DNA from: a virus | Direction: 5' to 3' (one strand) | DNA length: 64,000 nucleotides | Virus record (IMG/VR): IMGVR_UViG_3300025652_000047 | Span: 14,948 to 78,947 of that record | Part shown: in pieces, positions 1 to 8,647 of the stretch | Layout of the letters: each line of letters starts with the position of its first letter | Position numbering within the stretch: the stretch's first letter is position 1 | Program-made: the position numbers and the translations under genes | Notes under the pieces: model-generated | What the model saw: only the letters and a program-made list of their open reading frames with translations | What the model was told of the DNA's origin: nothing | Databases searched by the model: none

Positions 1-103
1 CATAACCATGTACAACATGGCTACTTATGTGATTTAAAGATTTAATATGGTTTGCATTATACATCCCTGGTCTTAAGCTTCCGTATACAAATATGTTTTG
101 CAT
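1..103 (-). CDS. Gamma-glutamylcyclotransferase (GGCT/AIG2-like), 5' part only; runs off the window
   Basis: Not in the ORF track. Manual translation from ATG at 103 gives MQNIFVYGSLRPGMYNANHIKSL...; FVYGSL is the N-terminal GGCT signature. Adjacent to a COOH.NH2 ligase, as in phiEco32-type clusters. Confidence 0.8.
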   Translation of the reverse strand, partial: MQNIFVYGSLRPGMYNANHIKSLNHISSHVVHGY

Positions 104-930
104 GATTCTTCTTTTAAATAATTAATATTATTTTCGTCACAATATAGTCTAGCTGCTTCTACATCATAGTTGTTAATGATATCTTCTATAGGAGAGTATT
201 CATTTATATCTTCCCTAATATACATAACATCTTTATTTAAGTCTTCACCTAATTCAAGTTGTTGTATACAAGTTTCTATACCTTCCCATACCCATTCAAT
301 TAACTTAGCACTAGATAAGAAATAAGCTCCTAAAGATCTACATTCAATACCGTAATCTTTAAATCTTATTTCTCCTGCTCTGCCGTATAATTCTCTACGA
401 CCTCTTTCTGGATCTAATAAAATAGAAGGTAAGGTAATGTATTTATCAAACAACTTAGCTAATCTTTCTTGTGTACCTATGTCTGTATTTTCATCTTTAT
501 CAGCAATACTTTCATGTCCAAAGTGAATATGAAATCCTGCAGATCTTAAATTAGGGTTTGTAGATTGTACAGGTGTACTCATACCTCGTTTGTATACATT
601 CATACTGCTTTCACACCCAAATAAGGTAGCTTCAGCAGTATTTAACTCTTCATCTGGGTATATTAACATTGAATTAAAACTATACTCATACTCAGGTATC
701 ATTTCAGCTACAGTAGTTAATCCATATTCAATATAACTAATGAATTCTTCAAAATTATTTACTGGAGGTTGTGTAATTTCAACATTTACATTGTCTTCTT
801 GTCTTGCACATCCATTACCAATACTTAAAGGCTCATCTTTAGTGCCTCCTATTTTACCTACTATAGATACAGGTATACCATTTTTTGCTATAGGAATTTC
901 ATAATCAGTCCCAATTTTCCAATCTTTCAT
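73..930 (-). CDS. phiEco32-like COOH.NH2 ligase type 2 (glutamine-synthetase-fold amidoligase)
   Basis: Motifs IGTDYE, QEDNVNVE, FGC, RSAGFHIHFG, RRELYGRAGEIRFKDYGIECRSL. Confidence 0.85.
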   Translation of the reverse strand: MKDWKIGTDYEIPIAKNGIPVSIVGKIGGTKDEPLSIGNGCARQEDNVNVEITQPPVNNFEEFISYIEYGLTTVAEMIPEYEYSFNSMLIYPDEELNTAEATLFGCESSMNVYKRGMSTPVQSTNPNLRSAGFHIHFGHESIADKDENTDIGTQERLAKLFDKYITLPSILLDPERGRRELYGRAGEIRFKDYGIECRSLGAYFLSSAKLIEWVWEGIETCIQQLELGEDLNKDVMYIREDINEYSPIEDIINNYDVEAARLYCDENNINYLKEESCKTYLYTEA

Positions 931-1609
931 CTAATGTTGTTTTTATTAAATAATCAAATAATTTTGTATTTTCTAACTCTTCCATATGACCTTGGAATCC
1001 AAATATATTCTTACCTTTTACTCTGAATAATTCTAAATTGCTTTGCTCTTTTGAATATGCAATAGGACTAATCTCACTAGGTAAGGTTTTTAAATTTACA
1101 GTCTGATGGTGTAATGAATTAACTCCTGAAGTATATCCAGGAATAAATTGTAAATAATTATACTTTTGGGTTAACTTTAAGTTCTCAACTATTTTACCTC
1201 TGTTCCCTTTGTTATTGTGTTGAGTAAAAAAAGAACCCTGAGTACTAGATGGAAGTTCTACATGTTGATTTAATGTGCCTCCATAATGTACATATAAGTC
1301 TTGAAATCCACGGCAAACTCCTATTATTGGAATATTAGCCTCAATATAATCTGGAAGAATATATTGTGAGAAATAATCATATTCTACATTAGGTGCTCCA
1401 CTACCAATTCTATATTCTCCATATCTAAGAGGATTAATATCTGCACCCCCAGTAAGAACTATTGCATCTAAACTTTTATTAACTCCTTCATATGGAGCTA
1501 TTGATTGTAAAGATCCAAACTTACTAAAGTATGTAAGATATGCTTGATTAACTTCGTAAGCTCCTTTATTAGTTTTATTTGGATATAGTATTCCTATTTT
1601 GTAATGCAT
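905..1609 (-). CDS. Class I glutamine amidotransferase / peptidase C26 (gamma-glutamyl hydrolase-like)
   Basis: LTGGADINP, GVCRG nucleophile elbow, VNSLHHQ, FQGHME (Cys-His-Glu triad). Confidence 0.9.
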   Translation of the reverse strand: MHYKIGILYPNKTNKGAYEVNQAYLTYFSKFGSLQSIAPYEGVNKSLDAIVLTGGADINPLRYGEYRIGSGAPNVEYDYFSQYILPDYIEANIPIIGVCRGFQDLYVHYGGTLNQHVELPSSTQGSFFTQHNNKGNRGKIVENLKLTQKYNYLQFIPGYTSGVNSLHHQTVNLKTLPSEISPIAYSKEQSNLELFRVKGKNIFGFQGHMEELENTKLFDYLIKTTLDERLENWD

Positions 1610-1932
1610 TTCATTTCATTTATGTTAGTAAAATAATTATGCAATTTAAGAATTGCTAATCTAGCATCTTCAATGCTTAAATTAAAAGTATCATTATCTT
1701 TTAAGTTTAACTCATCTATATTTACAGGGAGTTGTAACTCAAAATCTTTATTATCTTGTATTTTAGAATATAGATTACCATCTGTATCACATTTTTCAAT
1801 AGATATAGTATGTCCATCACGTCTATTTATTGATAAAGTCCAACCGTCTCCTGCTTGATTAAACCCTGCGGTAGATCCTCCTAAATTAGATATAGGGTAA
1901 AAATTATCTTTCATTTTTATATAATATATCAT
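1594..1932 (-). CDS. Hypothetical protein
   Basis: 112-aa ORF overlapping both neighbours in the minus-strand operon. Confidence 0.6.
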   Translation of the reverse strand: MIYYIKMKDNFYPISNLGGSTAGFNQAGDGWTLSINRRDGHTISIEKCDTDGNLYSKIQDNKDFELQLPVNIDELNLKDNDTFNLSIEDARLAILKLHNYFTNINEMKCITK

Positions 1933-2851
1933 TTGTGAATTTTTTTAAAGTTTTAAAATCTTTTGTTATTAAATCTGCAGTATCATTACCTTTAGGTAAA
2001 AATAGTTGTTCTGCATTTAGCGTTCTAGCTAATAATCCTCCTTGAGTAATACCTGTTTTATCATTATCATATAGAACATATTTATTCTTATATTTATTAA
2101 TATCTAACCCTAAATCTCCATACTCTTGTTGTTTACCAATAGCTTGTACATTAAATACTTTCCATAGTATTAATGCATCTAATTTGCTTTTGGTAATTAA
2201 TATATGAGAATCATTAAATTCTTCAAGATAACAACTGTTGAAAATTTCATATTTACAATTACTCCACCATTTAAATTCTTGATTTCTAAAATACAATTTA
2301 GTATTTCCTGTTGGAAATGTAAAAGCTAAGGTTGGTATTTTGTTTGGATCGTGAAACCTATTCTTAAGTATTACAGGATCTTTCTTTGTATTTGTCCAAT
2401 AAGCTTTTACTAGGTGTATTTCTGAATCAGAATTTAATATTTCTGGAGTTAAATGTAATTCAGATAATATATTATTATCATCTGTAAAGGGTATAGTTTT
2501 GGTAAAAATAGTAATATTCTGTTCTACTGAAGGTTTATAATCAATAAGAGAAGGTGTAAAAGTATTAACCACAGTATCTATTAGTTCTTGTGTAGTACTT
2601 AAACCTTCTCTTATTTTGATTATATCAAATGCAGTAAATGCAAGTTTATTATTATAAGTAGCATTATCTATAAAAAATAATACTCCGTTATGATAATTAA
2701 ACCTGCATCCTGCATTAGTATCATGAGTCCTTAATAAACTGGTATATCTTTTAGTTAGGCTAGGATATCCTCCTATATACTGACTAAATATATCTTCTTG
2801 ATATTTTCTAAGCAGGTAAGCTAAGTCTAGAGATATTCCATTGATCATCAT
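1904..2851 (-). CDS. DNA primase (TOPRIM), crAss-type
   Basis: ILITKSKLDA and YVLYDNDKTG TOPRIM motifs; SLLRTHDTNAGC in the N-terminal region; replication-module context. Confidence 0.8.
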   Translation of the reverse strand: MMINGISLDLAYLLRKYQEDIFSQYIGGYPSLTKRYTSLLRTHDTNAGCRFNYHNGVLFFIDNATYNNKLAFTAFDIIKIREGLSTTQELIDTVVNTFTPSLIDYKPSVEQNITIFTKTIPFTDDNNILSELHLTPEILNSDSEIHLVKAYWTNTKKDPVILKNRFHDPNKIPTLAFTFPTGNTKLYFRNQEFKWWSNCKYEIFNSCYLEEFNDSHILITKSKLDALILWKVFNVQAIGKQQEYGDLGLDINKYKNKYVLYDNDKTGITQGGLLARTLNAEQLFLPKGNDTADLITKDFKTLKKFTNDILYKNER

Positions 2852-3332
2852 AAGTTAATAAAGGTTCTATTTTAATGTTTAAACTAACTCCTTCGCCTTT
2901 AAAGTATTTATTAAGCGCAGTAGTAGTAATTCCTAAATAAGCTGCTAGAGCTTTTTTAGTACACATTAAATAAATAGGATCCAATTGTTCACTATTGTAA
3001 TCTGAAATTATTTCATTTAACTGTTTTTGAATACATTCTTTCATTCCTGGGGCAGATAAATCTCCTTCTATAAAAGCAGCTTTAAAATCTCCAGGTGATA
3101 GACCACATCTGTTAATTATAAATCCTTTAGTTATAGGTAAATATCTATAAGGGCTAATTTTATTTTTACTTCTAGATCTCATTGACCTTTTTTTAACTAC
3201 AGGCAATGGTATTAAATTAGGATCTTCTTTTACTACTTCATCTACAGATTTTTTACCTAATTTATAACTATCATAAAGCATAAATATTACTCCTGCTATA
3301 ATAAAAACTATAATACAAATTTTAAATATCAT
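2808..3332 (-). CDS. Membrane-anchored protein with a C-terminal HTH-like motif
   Basis: N-terminal hydrophobic helix (ICIIVFIIAGVIFML); C-terminal TKKALAAYLGITTTALNKYF. Confidence 0.5.
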   Translation of the reverse strand: MIFKICIIVFIIAGVIFMLYDSYKLGKKSVDEVVKEDPNLIPLPVVKKRSMRSRSKNKISPYRYLPITKGFIINRCGLSPGDFKAAFIEGDLSAPGMKECIQKQLNEIISDYNSEQLDPIYLMCTKKALAAYLGITTTALNKYFKGEGVSLNIKIEPLLTYDDQWNISRLSLPA

Positions 3333-3346
3333 ATATATATAAGTTT

Positions 3347-3380
3347 AAAAATAAGAAAGAGGGGTTACCCTCTTCCTTAT
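3347..3380 (-). terminator. Probable intrinsic terminator
   Basis: Inverted repeat ATAAG-AAAGAGGG/CCCTCTTC-CTTAT followed by a T-run on the minus strand, just after the 3397 stop. Confidence 0.6.
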
Positions 3381-3396
3381 TATGATTAATAATTAA

Positions 3397-4212
3397 TTAA
3401 AATGTAATTGGTTTGATTTCTGTTGCATCATCTGCTTGAGCTACAGCAGGACTTTCCCCTGTAAACTCTTGAAATTCAATACTAGTAGCTAATTTAATAG
3501 GATATCCAGCAGCTTCTTGAGTTGCTAACATCTTCTTAAATTGCTTCTTAGCATAGTTCATACTAGCCATGTGATAGAAACAGTTGTTTTTAGTAATTAT
3601 ATTCTGATAATTTCTAGTAGCACCTGTATCAGTCATTGTCTCTTTTACTCCAAAAGGTACAATCATAGTCATAGCATTATCATTAAATATCTTAACTAGA
3701 GAATCTAGACTAACTACATTTCCATTATAAATATTAGCTGGATTATATCCTACTTTATTTACTAGTTCATCTAAGAATAAAGTATCTTTATCTATACCTA
3801 ATCCTTGTTTGAAAAAAGATACTAATGATTCTTCACCTATAAAAGCTGGTCTTGAGATTTCCCCAAACCAAGCCATATTAGGATTAGAAGTAATAGCTGC
3901 TTCATCTACTCCCCAAGAGAAGTTACCTTTAGTACTAACAAATTGAGTTTTACCAGTACTAGATAACTGGGGAGTATTGCCCAATAAGAAATCTATTACT
4001 TGGTATCCTGCACTCTCATTATGTACTAGTATGCGTACTGGTTTTAAATTATTATCACCTATCGCATTGTAGGTCATATTTCTAGGATATCCTGTGATAG
4101 CCTCAAATTCTTCTGAAGTAGGGTTTACCTTTTTCAGGGTTACTTGTCCTAATCCCGTGTATTGAGAAAAGGTAGTAGTTGGTTCTTTACTTGTGTTAAT
4201 TCCTTGAATCAT
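3397..4212 (-). CDS. Putative single-stranded DNA-binding / replication protein (crAss-type)
   Basis: YTGLGQVTLKKVNPTSEE N-terminus; acidic tail ending in Phe (DDATEIKPITF); lies next to the AAA ATPase. Confidence 0.55.
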   Translation of the reverse strand: MIQGINTSKEPTTTFSQYTGLGQVTLKKVNPTSEEFEAITGYPRNMTYNAIGDNNLKPVRILVHNESAGYQVIDFLLGNTPQLSSTGKTQFVSTKGNFSWGVDEAAITSNPNMAWFGEISRPAFIGEESLVSFFKQGLGIDKDTLFLDELVNKVGYNPANIYNGNVVSLDSLVKIFNDNAMTMIVPFGVKETMTDTGATRNYQNIITKNNCFYHMASMNYAKKQFKKMLATQEAAGYPIKLATSIEFQEFTGESPAVAQADDATEIKPITF

Positions 4213-4230
4213 AGTTTGTGTTTAGTTTGT

Positions 4231-4911
4231 TTAATAATTAATAATTGCATCTAAAATAAGGTTGTAGTCATTTGGTATAATTCCTTCTAACATTCCTTGA
4301 TTACTTCTAGCGGTATTGCTACCATTGTTTTGAGTCTCTAATAAGAACTCTGGTTCTCCTGTAGCATCATTCTTACTTACTACAGAGTATAATACATGTT
4401 CAAGATTACCTTCTATTTGCATCTTGTTAGCTAGTTTACCTAAAGTCTTTAATCGTACTCTAGTTTCATGTCCTGATTTATAAGTTTCTGTATGCCCACA
4501 TATAAATGCTACTTTCTCATCCTCAAACATATCTGCTGCTATTCCTGCATTTATATGTTCTATAATATCAGAGTATGCTGCAGGTAATTGGTGTAAAGTT
4601 GTAGTAGGGTTAAATTTCTTACCATATTCTGCTCTACCTCCTAACCAAGTAGGATTCTTCTTGTCTGCATTATACCATATATTAGTTCCAGATTCTAATG
4701 TTCTCATACCTGAACTTTTACCAGTGCCAGGTTCTCCAAGTATTAGTACTATTTCAAATCCTAAATCAGTAAGTTGATTTACAAAGTGAGATATAGTTAT
4801 ACCATAATCAAACCACTGATCATGTCCAGGCTTCTTCTTATCAGCTACATACTGTCGTTCTTGTATAGCTGTTAAAGTATCTATACATATACTTTTAATC
4901 TTCTTTGCCAT
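4231..4911 (-). CDS. AAA_24/Sak4-like P-loop ATPase with rearranged motif order
   Basis: Walker A GEPGTGKS (aa 59-66), Walker-B-like ICIDT (aa 8-12), ICGH, KTLGK, TARS and IPND motifs. Confidence 0.8.
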   Translation of the reverse strand: MAKKIKSICIDTLTAIQERQYVADKKKPGHDQWFDYGITISHFVNQLTDLGFEIVLILGEPGTGKSSGMRTLESGTNIWYNADKKNPTWLGGRAEYGKKFNPTTTLHQLPAAYSDIIEHINAGIAADMFEDEKVAFICGHTETYKSGHETRVRLKTLGKLANKMQIEGNLEHVLYSVVSKNDATGEPEFLLETQNNGSNTARSNQGMLEGIIPNDYNLILDAIINY

Positions 4912-4927
4912 TCTTTAATTTTAATTG

Positions 4928-5971
4928 TTAAATAAATTTGTATTTTTCTTTGTCTTCATCTGTTAACTCTGTAAAAAAGTTACTAGCTCCATTAAATTTA
5001 AACAGTATTGATTGATTAGAGTTACCATATCTATTTTTAAGTATATTCACTGATCTTAGAGAATCAACTCCATTATCATATGCCCACTTTTTCAAGTTAA
5101 TATTCCTAAAATTATTTTTAGCAACTATGTTATCATGTCTAAATGGATCAAATACTCCCATTACAATCATTGCATCATTCTTAGTAGATTTTGCATCTGC
5201 TAGGTTATTAAGTCTAGGCTCTAATGCATTTGCTTTTGCATGAGCTATATCTTCCCCTACATTTGCTTGTTGTTGTACTTTTATTGATGTATAATTGAAT
5301 TTCTTAGTAAACATTTTTCTAGAATAATCTGTACTATACTTTAATATAGTTTGCATTTGAGAATTTCCTTTCTCTGTATTCAATAGACTCATGTGATCAC
5401 ATACTACTATTACATGTTCATCTGGATTATCAGGAACATAATGGTCATAGTATTCTTCGCCTTCTTTGACTACTTTTACATGCTTACCTCTAATACCTGC
5501 AAAATTATAAACATGCTTCATTATTCCAGTAGGATTGTAAATATAGTCTATTATTTCAATATACTCAAGGTATTGTTTAAGTGTTTCTTCACTTTTTCTT
5601 ACTATCTCAAAATTTACTATTTTATCACTAATTCCTTGAAGGTCTAAGACAGAGTATGTTACTCCTGAATCTCTTAATATTAAATAAGATAGTAAGGAAT
5701 CTGTAAACTCTTCTAGTGACTCTTCTAAGGCATAGTATAGTATCTTTAAATCTACACCATTCTTTATAGCGTATTCTATAGGATTAATTACTCCTATAGT
5801 TTTAGTAAATTGAGTTTTACCAACTCCAGTAGCTGCAGTAAGTATATAAGGTGTACCCTTAATTACTCCTGGAACCATTGAAGCTAGTTTAGGATAAACA
5901 AAAGGAACATAATTTCTTATTCCTTGTGCTTTCTTAATGTGTACTTCTTCTAATTCTTTAATTCTTTCCAT
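4928..5971 (-). CDS. DnaB-like replicative helicase
   Basis: AATGVGKT Walker A, YYALEE, VVCDHMS, VQQQ and ILKNRYG superfamily-4 motifs. Confidence 0.85.
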   Translation of the reverse strand: MERIKELEEVHIKKAQGIRNYVPFVYPKLASMVPGVIKGTPYILTAATGVGKTQFTKTIGVINPIEYAIKNGVDLKILYYALEESLEEFTDSLLSYLILRDSGVTYSVLDLQGISDKIVNFEIVRKSEETLKQYLEYIEIIDYIYNPTGIMKHVYNFAGIRGKHVKVVKEGEEYYDHYVPDNPDEHVIVVCDHMSLLNTEKGNSQMQTILKYSTDYSRKMFTKKFNYTSIKVQQQANVGEDIAHAKANALEPRLNNLADAKSTKNDAMIVMGVFDPFRHDNIVAKNNFRNINLKKWAYDNGVDSLRSVNILKNRYGNSNQSILFKFNGASNFFTELTDEDKEKYKFI

Positions 5972-6009
5972 AATATATTATTTCTATACTTTCCTTCCGA
6001 GAGAGATAG

Positions 6010-6513
6010 TTACAATGTATTATTAGTTAAATTAGTTTCTAAGTCGCCAAAGTCGGCTTCTTCTAAGGTAGCTCCTAATGCGGAGTCCCCATTCTTTTCA
6101 ATAAAATAGTGAGCTTTCATGATATATCTAGCATCTGTATTTTCGATATACCAATTAGTAGCTGCTAGTATTTGCTGAGGAGTATAGCTGTTTTGTTTTA
6201 AGAATTTCTTCATTTTCTTAATTACACCTGATCTATCTCCCATTGCTCCAGGCTTAATGCCCCTAAATAAGCTCCTATAATCATTTATCCAATCTAAATT
6301 AGGTTCTTGAAAAAGATCCACATTTAGGTAATATTTGTTAGTTTCATAGTTTTTATTTATAACATTAGCATGATCTAATTTTACAATTACTATAGTAGGA
6401 ATAAACTTTGTAATATCTAATTCAAAGTAAATCCCTACTAAGCAACTATAACCTACATCTACGTCAATCTCATATTCTAAAAACTTAACTTTTAAGTCTT
6501 TATTCAATGTCAT
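6010..6513 (-). CDS. Hypothetical replication-associated protein
   Basis: 167 aa, directly upstream of the helicase; C-terminal part resembles small helical initiator/loader domains. Confidence 0.55.
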   Translation of the reverse strand: MTLNKDLKVKFLEYEIDVDVGYSCLVGIYFELDITKFIPTIVIVKLDHANVINKNYETNKYYLNVDLFQEPNLDWINDYRSLFRGIKPGAMGDRSGVIKKMKKFLKQNSYTPQQILAATNWYIENTDARYIMKAHYFIEKNGDSALGATLEEADFGDLETNLTNNTL

Positions 6514-6919
6514 CTAAATTATATTTTTTAAGTATTTGTGGTATATATGGGTAGTTTGTCTTTATTGTTCTGCTAAAATTATTAAATTGTATAAGGTCTG
6601 ATATAAAGAAACTAGTTTGTAAGTTTGGTGAGAGTACACGATAGCAAGTTATATTCTTTACTACTTCACATATTTGAAAATGATACCCTTTAGTCGTTAA
6701 TATTTCAGCTTTAAACCTATCTTTGTTATAGCTAGGTATATGAGAACATAGTATAGCATATATAGCATCAATAGACCTGTATGTCCCAGAAGTAACATGT
6801 ATTTTAGTACATTTTAAATCTTTAAAAGAAGGCTTAGCTGTTTGTCCAGAATTTGTCCCATATAAATGGGCTAATAATGATTGTAAGTTTGTAATATTAG
6901 CATCTACGAATTGATCCAT
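6500..6919 (-). CDS. Hypothetical protein
   Basis: 139-aa ORF overlapping both neighbours. Confidence 0.6.
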   Translation of the reverse strand: MDQFVDANITNLQSLLAHLYGTNSGQTAKPSFKDLKCTKIHVTSGTYRSIDAIYAILCSHIPSYNKDRFKAEILTTKGYHFQICEVVKNITCYRVLSPNLQTSFFISDLIQFNNFSRTIKTNYPYIPQILKKYNLDDIE

Positions 6920-7992
6920 GTTATTTTATTTTGATTAAATAATTTAAGAGCGTTTTTTGTCCAAACAATATCTTGAGTATCTTTATATGTACATACATGT
7001 ATTTCTGCTGTCGTACCTTCTGGATCTAAATTCATTGTTCTTAATATCTTCTGTATAGCATCTTCTTGTGAACTAGTTAAGTGGTGTATTACTGCCTTTT
7101 TTAAAGTAGGATCAGTAAACCCTCTACTTAAGTATTTACATACTGCAATATTATTTAAATCTCCAGATAAAAACTTATCTAAAACATCTTTAGACTTGCT
7201 ATGGTATCCATTACCTAAATAATCTGCTCTATCTGTTCTTGATGTAAATACTATACATCTATCTAATGAATCTACAATATCTTTAGCTTTTTTAAGCTTA
7301 GAGAAATACCTACTTATATATTGAGACCTCATTAACCCTATTTGCATACGCTTTTGGATTAAAGTTCTTCTATTATAAAGAGATCTTGGGTTATCATAAG
7401 TATCTTTCAGTTGTCCATTAATCTCTAATAACTTACCTGTCCAAAAATTGTAACTTTTTAACTCCGTAGTCTTCCATTTACCTACGTCTACATACTCTTC
7501 AGTTTCATTTAACTCTACTTGATGTATATAAATATGATAATCAGCAATTACATTCTCATCTATGGCTTGTTGTATAGAATATTCATATACTATATCCATT
7601 TTAAGGTCCTGTAAGAGCCGATCTTTCATTTTATCTCCTAGACTACCAGTACATCCATAAAGGATATTCTTATAAGGCTTTAAGTGCTTTACATTAGCAG
7701 GAGATAGAGTATCTATTTCATCTATAAGTATAGCATCATAGCTATCATCTTTAATCTTTTTAATACTTGATTTATTAATAATCTTATAAGTACCATTGAA
7801 CTTCCATTTTTCAATCTCATTTATCCAACCTATTTTTAAATCATTATTAGGAATAACAATAAGTATATGCAATCCTTGCAATGTCTCTAAACATACTTTA
7901 GTTTTTCCAAATCTAGGGGATGCTAATAATATTCCTCCATTTTTAAATGCTTGTACAGCCTCTGCCTGTCTGGATTCTCTTGTATATTTCAT
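6904..7992 (-). CDS. Superfamily 2 helicase (ResIII/UvsW-like)
   Basis: SPRFGKT motif I, LIDEID motif II, GCTGS motif III, LSRGF and QKILR motifs. Confidence 0.8.
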   Translation of the reverse strand: MKYTRESRQAEAVQAFKNGGILLASPRFGKTKVCLETLQGLHILIVIPNNDLKIGWINEIEKWKFNGTYKIINKSSIKKIKDDSYDAILIDEIDTLSPANVKHLKPYKNILYGCTGSLGDKMKDRLLQDLKMDIVYEYSIQQAIDENVIADYHIYIHQVELNETEEYVDVGKWKTTELKSYNFWTGKLLEINGQLKDTYDNPRSLYNRRTLIQKRMQIGLMRSQYISRYFSKLKKAKDIVDSLDRCIVFTSRTDRADYLGNGYHSKSKDVLDKFLSGDLNNIAVCKYLSRGFTDPTLKKAVIHHLTSSQEDAIQKILRTMNLDPEGTTAEIHVCTYKDTQDIVWTKNALKLFNQNKITWINS

Positions 7993-8001
7993 AAGATATT
8001 T

Positions 8002-8637
8002 TTAAAGGTCGTTGTTTAATAATTTGTGAGAATATGCAGTTACTATACTCTTGAATCTTTCTGGTGCTCCTTCATGTTCAGGATGCCCTTGCACTGCTAA
8101 CATATGAGTTTCTGGATAGTATACTATTTCTGGTTCAATTTCTGGCTTTTCAAATCCATGAGGTAGTCCTTCGTATACTTTAGTTAACTCAGATGCAAAA
8201 GCTAATATCTTGTACTGATGTTTCTTTAAGTTAAAAGGATACATCATTTGATGGTGAGTACTAGTTACATCATAAGTTTCTTTAAAATGAGTATCTGTTA
8301 CAGGATGGATATAAGATTGTCCTCTTACATTTTGAATTAACTTACCACCTGAATATACTGTAGCAAGCTGTGCTCCTCTACAAATACCTAATATAGGTAA
8401 CTGTAAAACTATAGCTTTAGCTATTTCTTCACATTCATTGATATCTCTAGTAGGGTTATAACTAGTAGTTGGGTGTTTAGTTTCATTATATAGTGCTGGC
8501 ATTACATCTGCTCCACCTGTTAATATAACTATATCTGCTTTTTCTAAAGTATCTACTACAATTGAATTTTGGATTGCATTTTTATATGTAGACTCTCCAC
8601 CTATAATATATACATTAATATTGTTATTTTTACTCAT
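8002..8637 (-). CDS. Second class I glutamine amidotransferase / peptidase C26
   Basis: LTGGADV, GICRGAQ, STHHQMM, VQGHPE. Confidence 0.9.
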   Translation of the reverse strand: MSKNNNINVYIIGGESTYKNAIQNSIVVDTLEKADIVILTGGADVMPALYNETKHPTTSYNPTRDINECEEIAKAIVLQLPILGICRGAQLATVYSGGKLIQNVRGQSYIHPVTDTHFKETYDVTSTHHQMMYPFNLKKHQYKILAFASELTKVYEGLPHGFEKPEIEPEIVYYPETHMLAVQGHPEHEGAPERFKSIVTAYSHKLLNNDL

Positions 8638-8647
8638 TTTTTTATAT

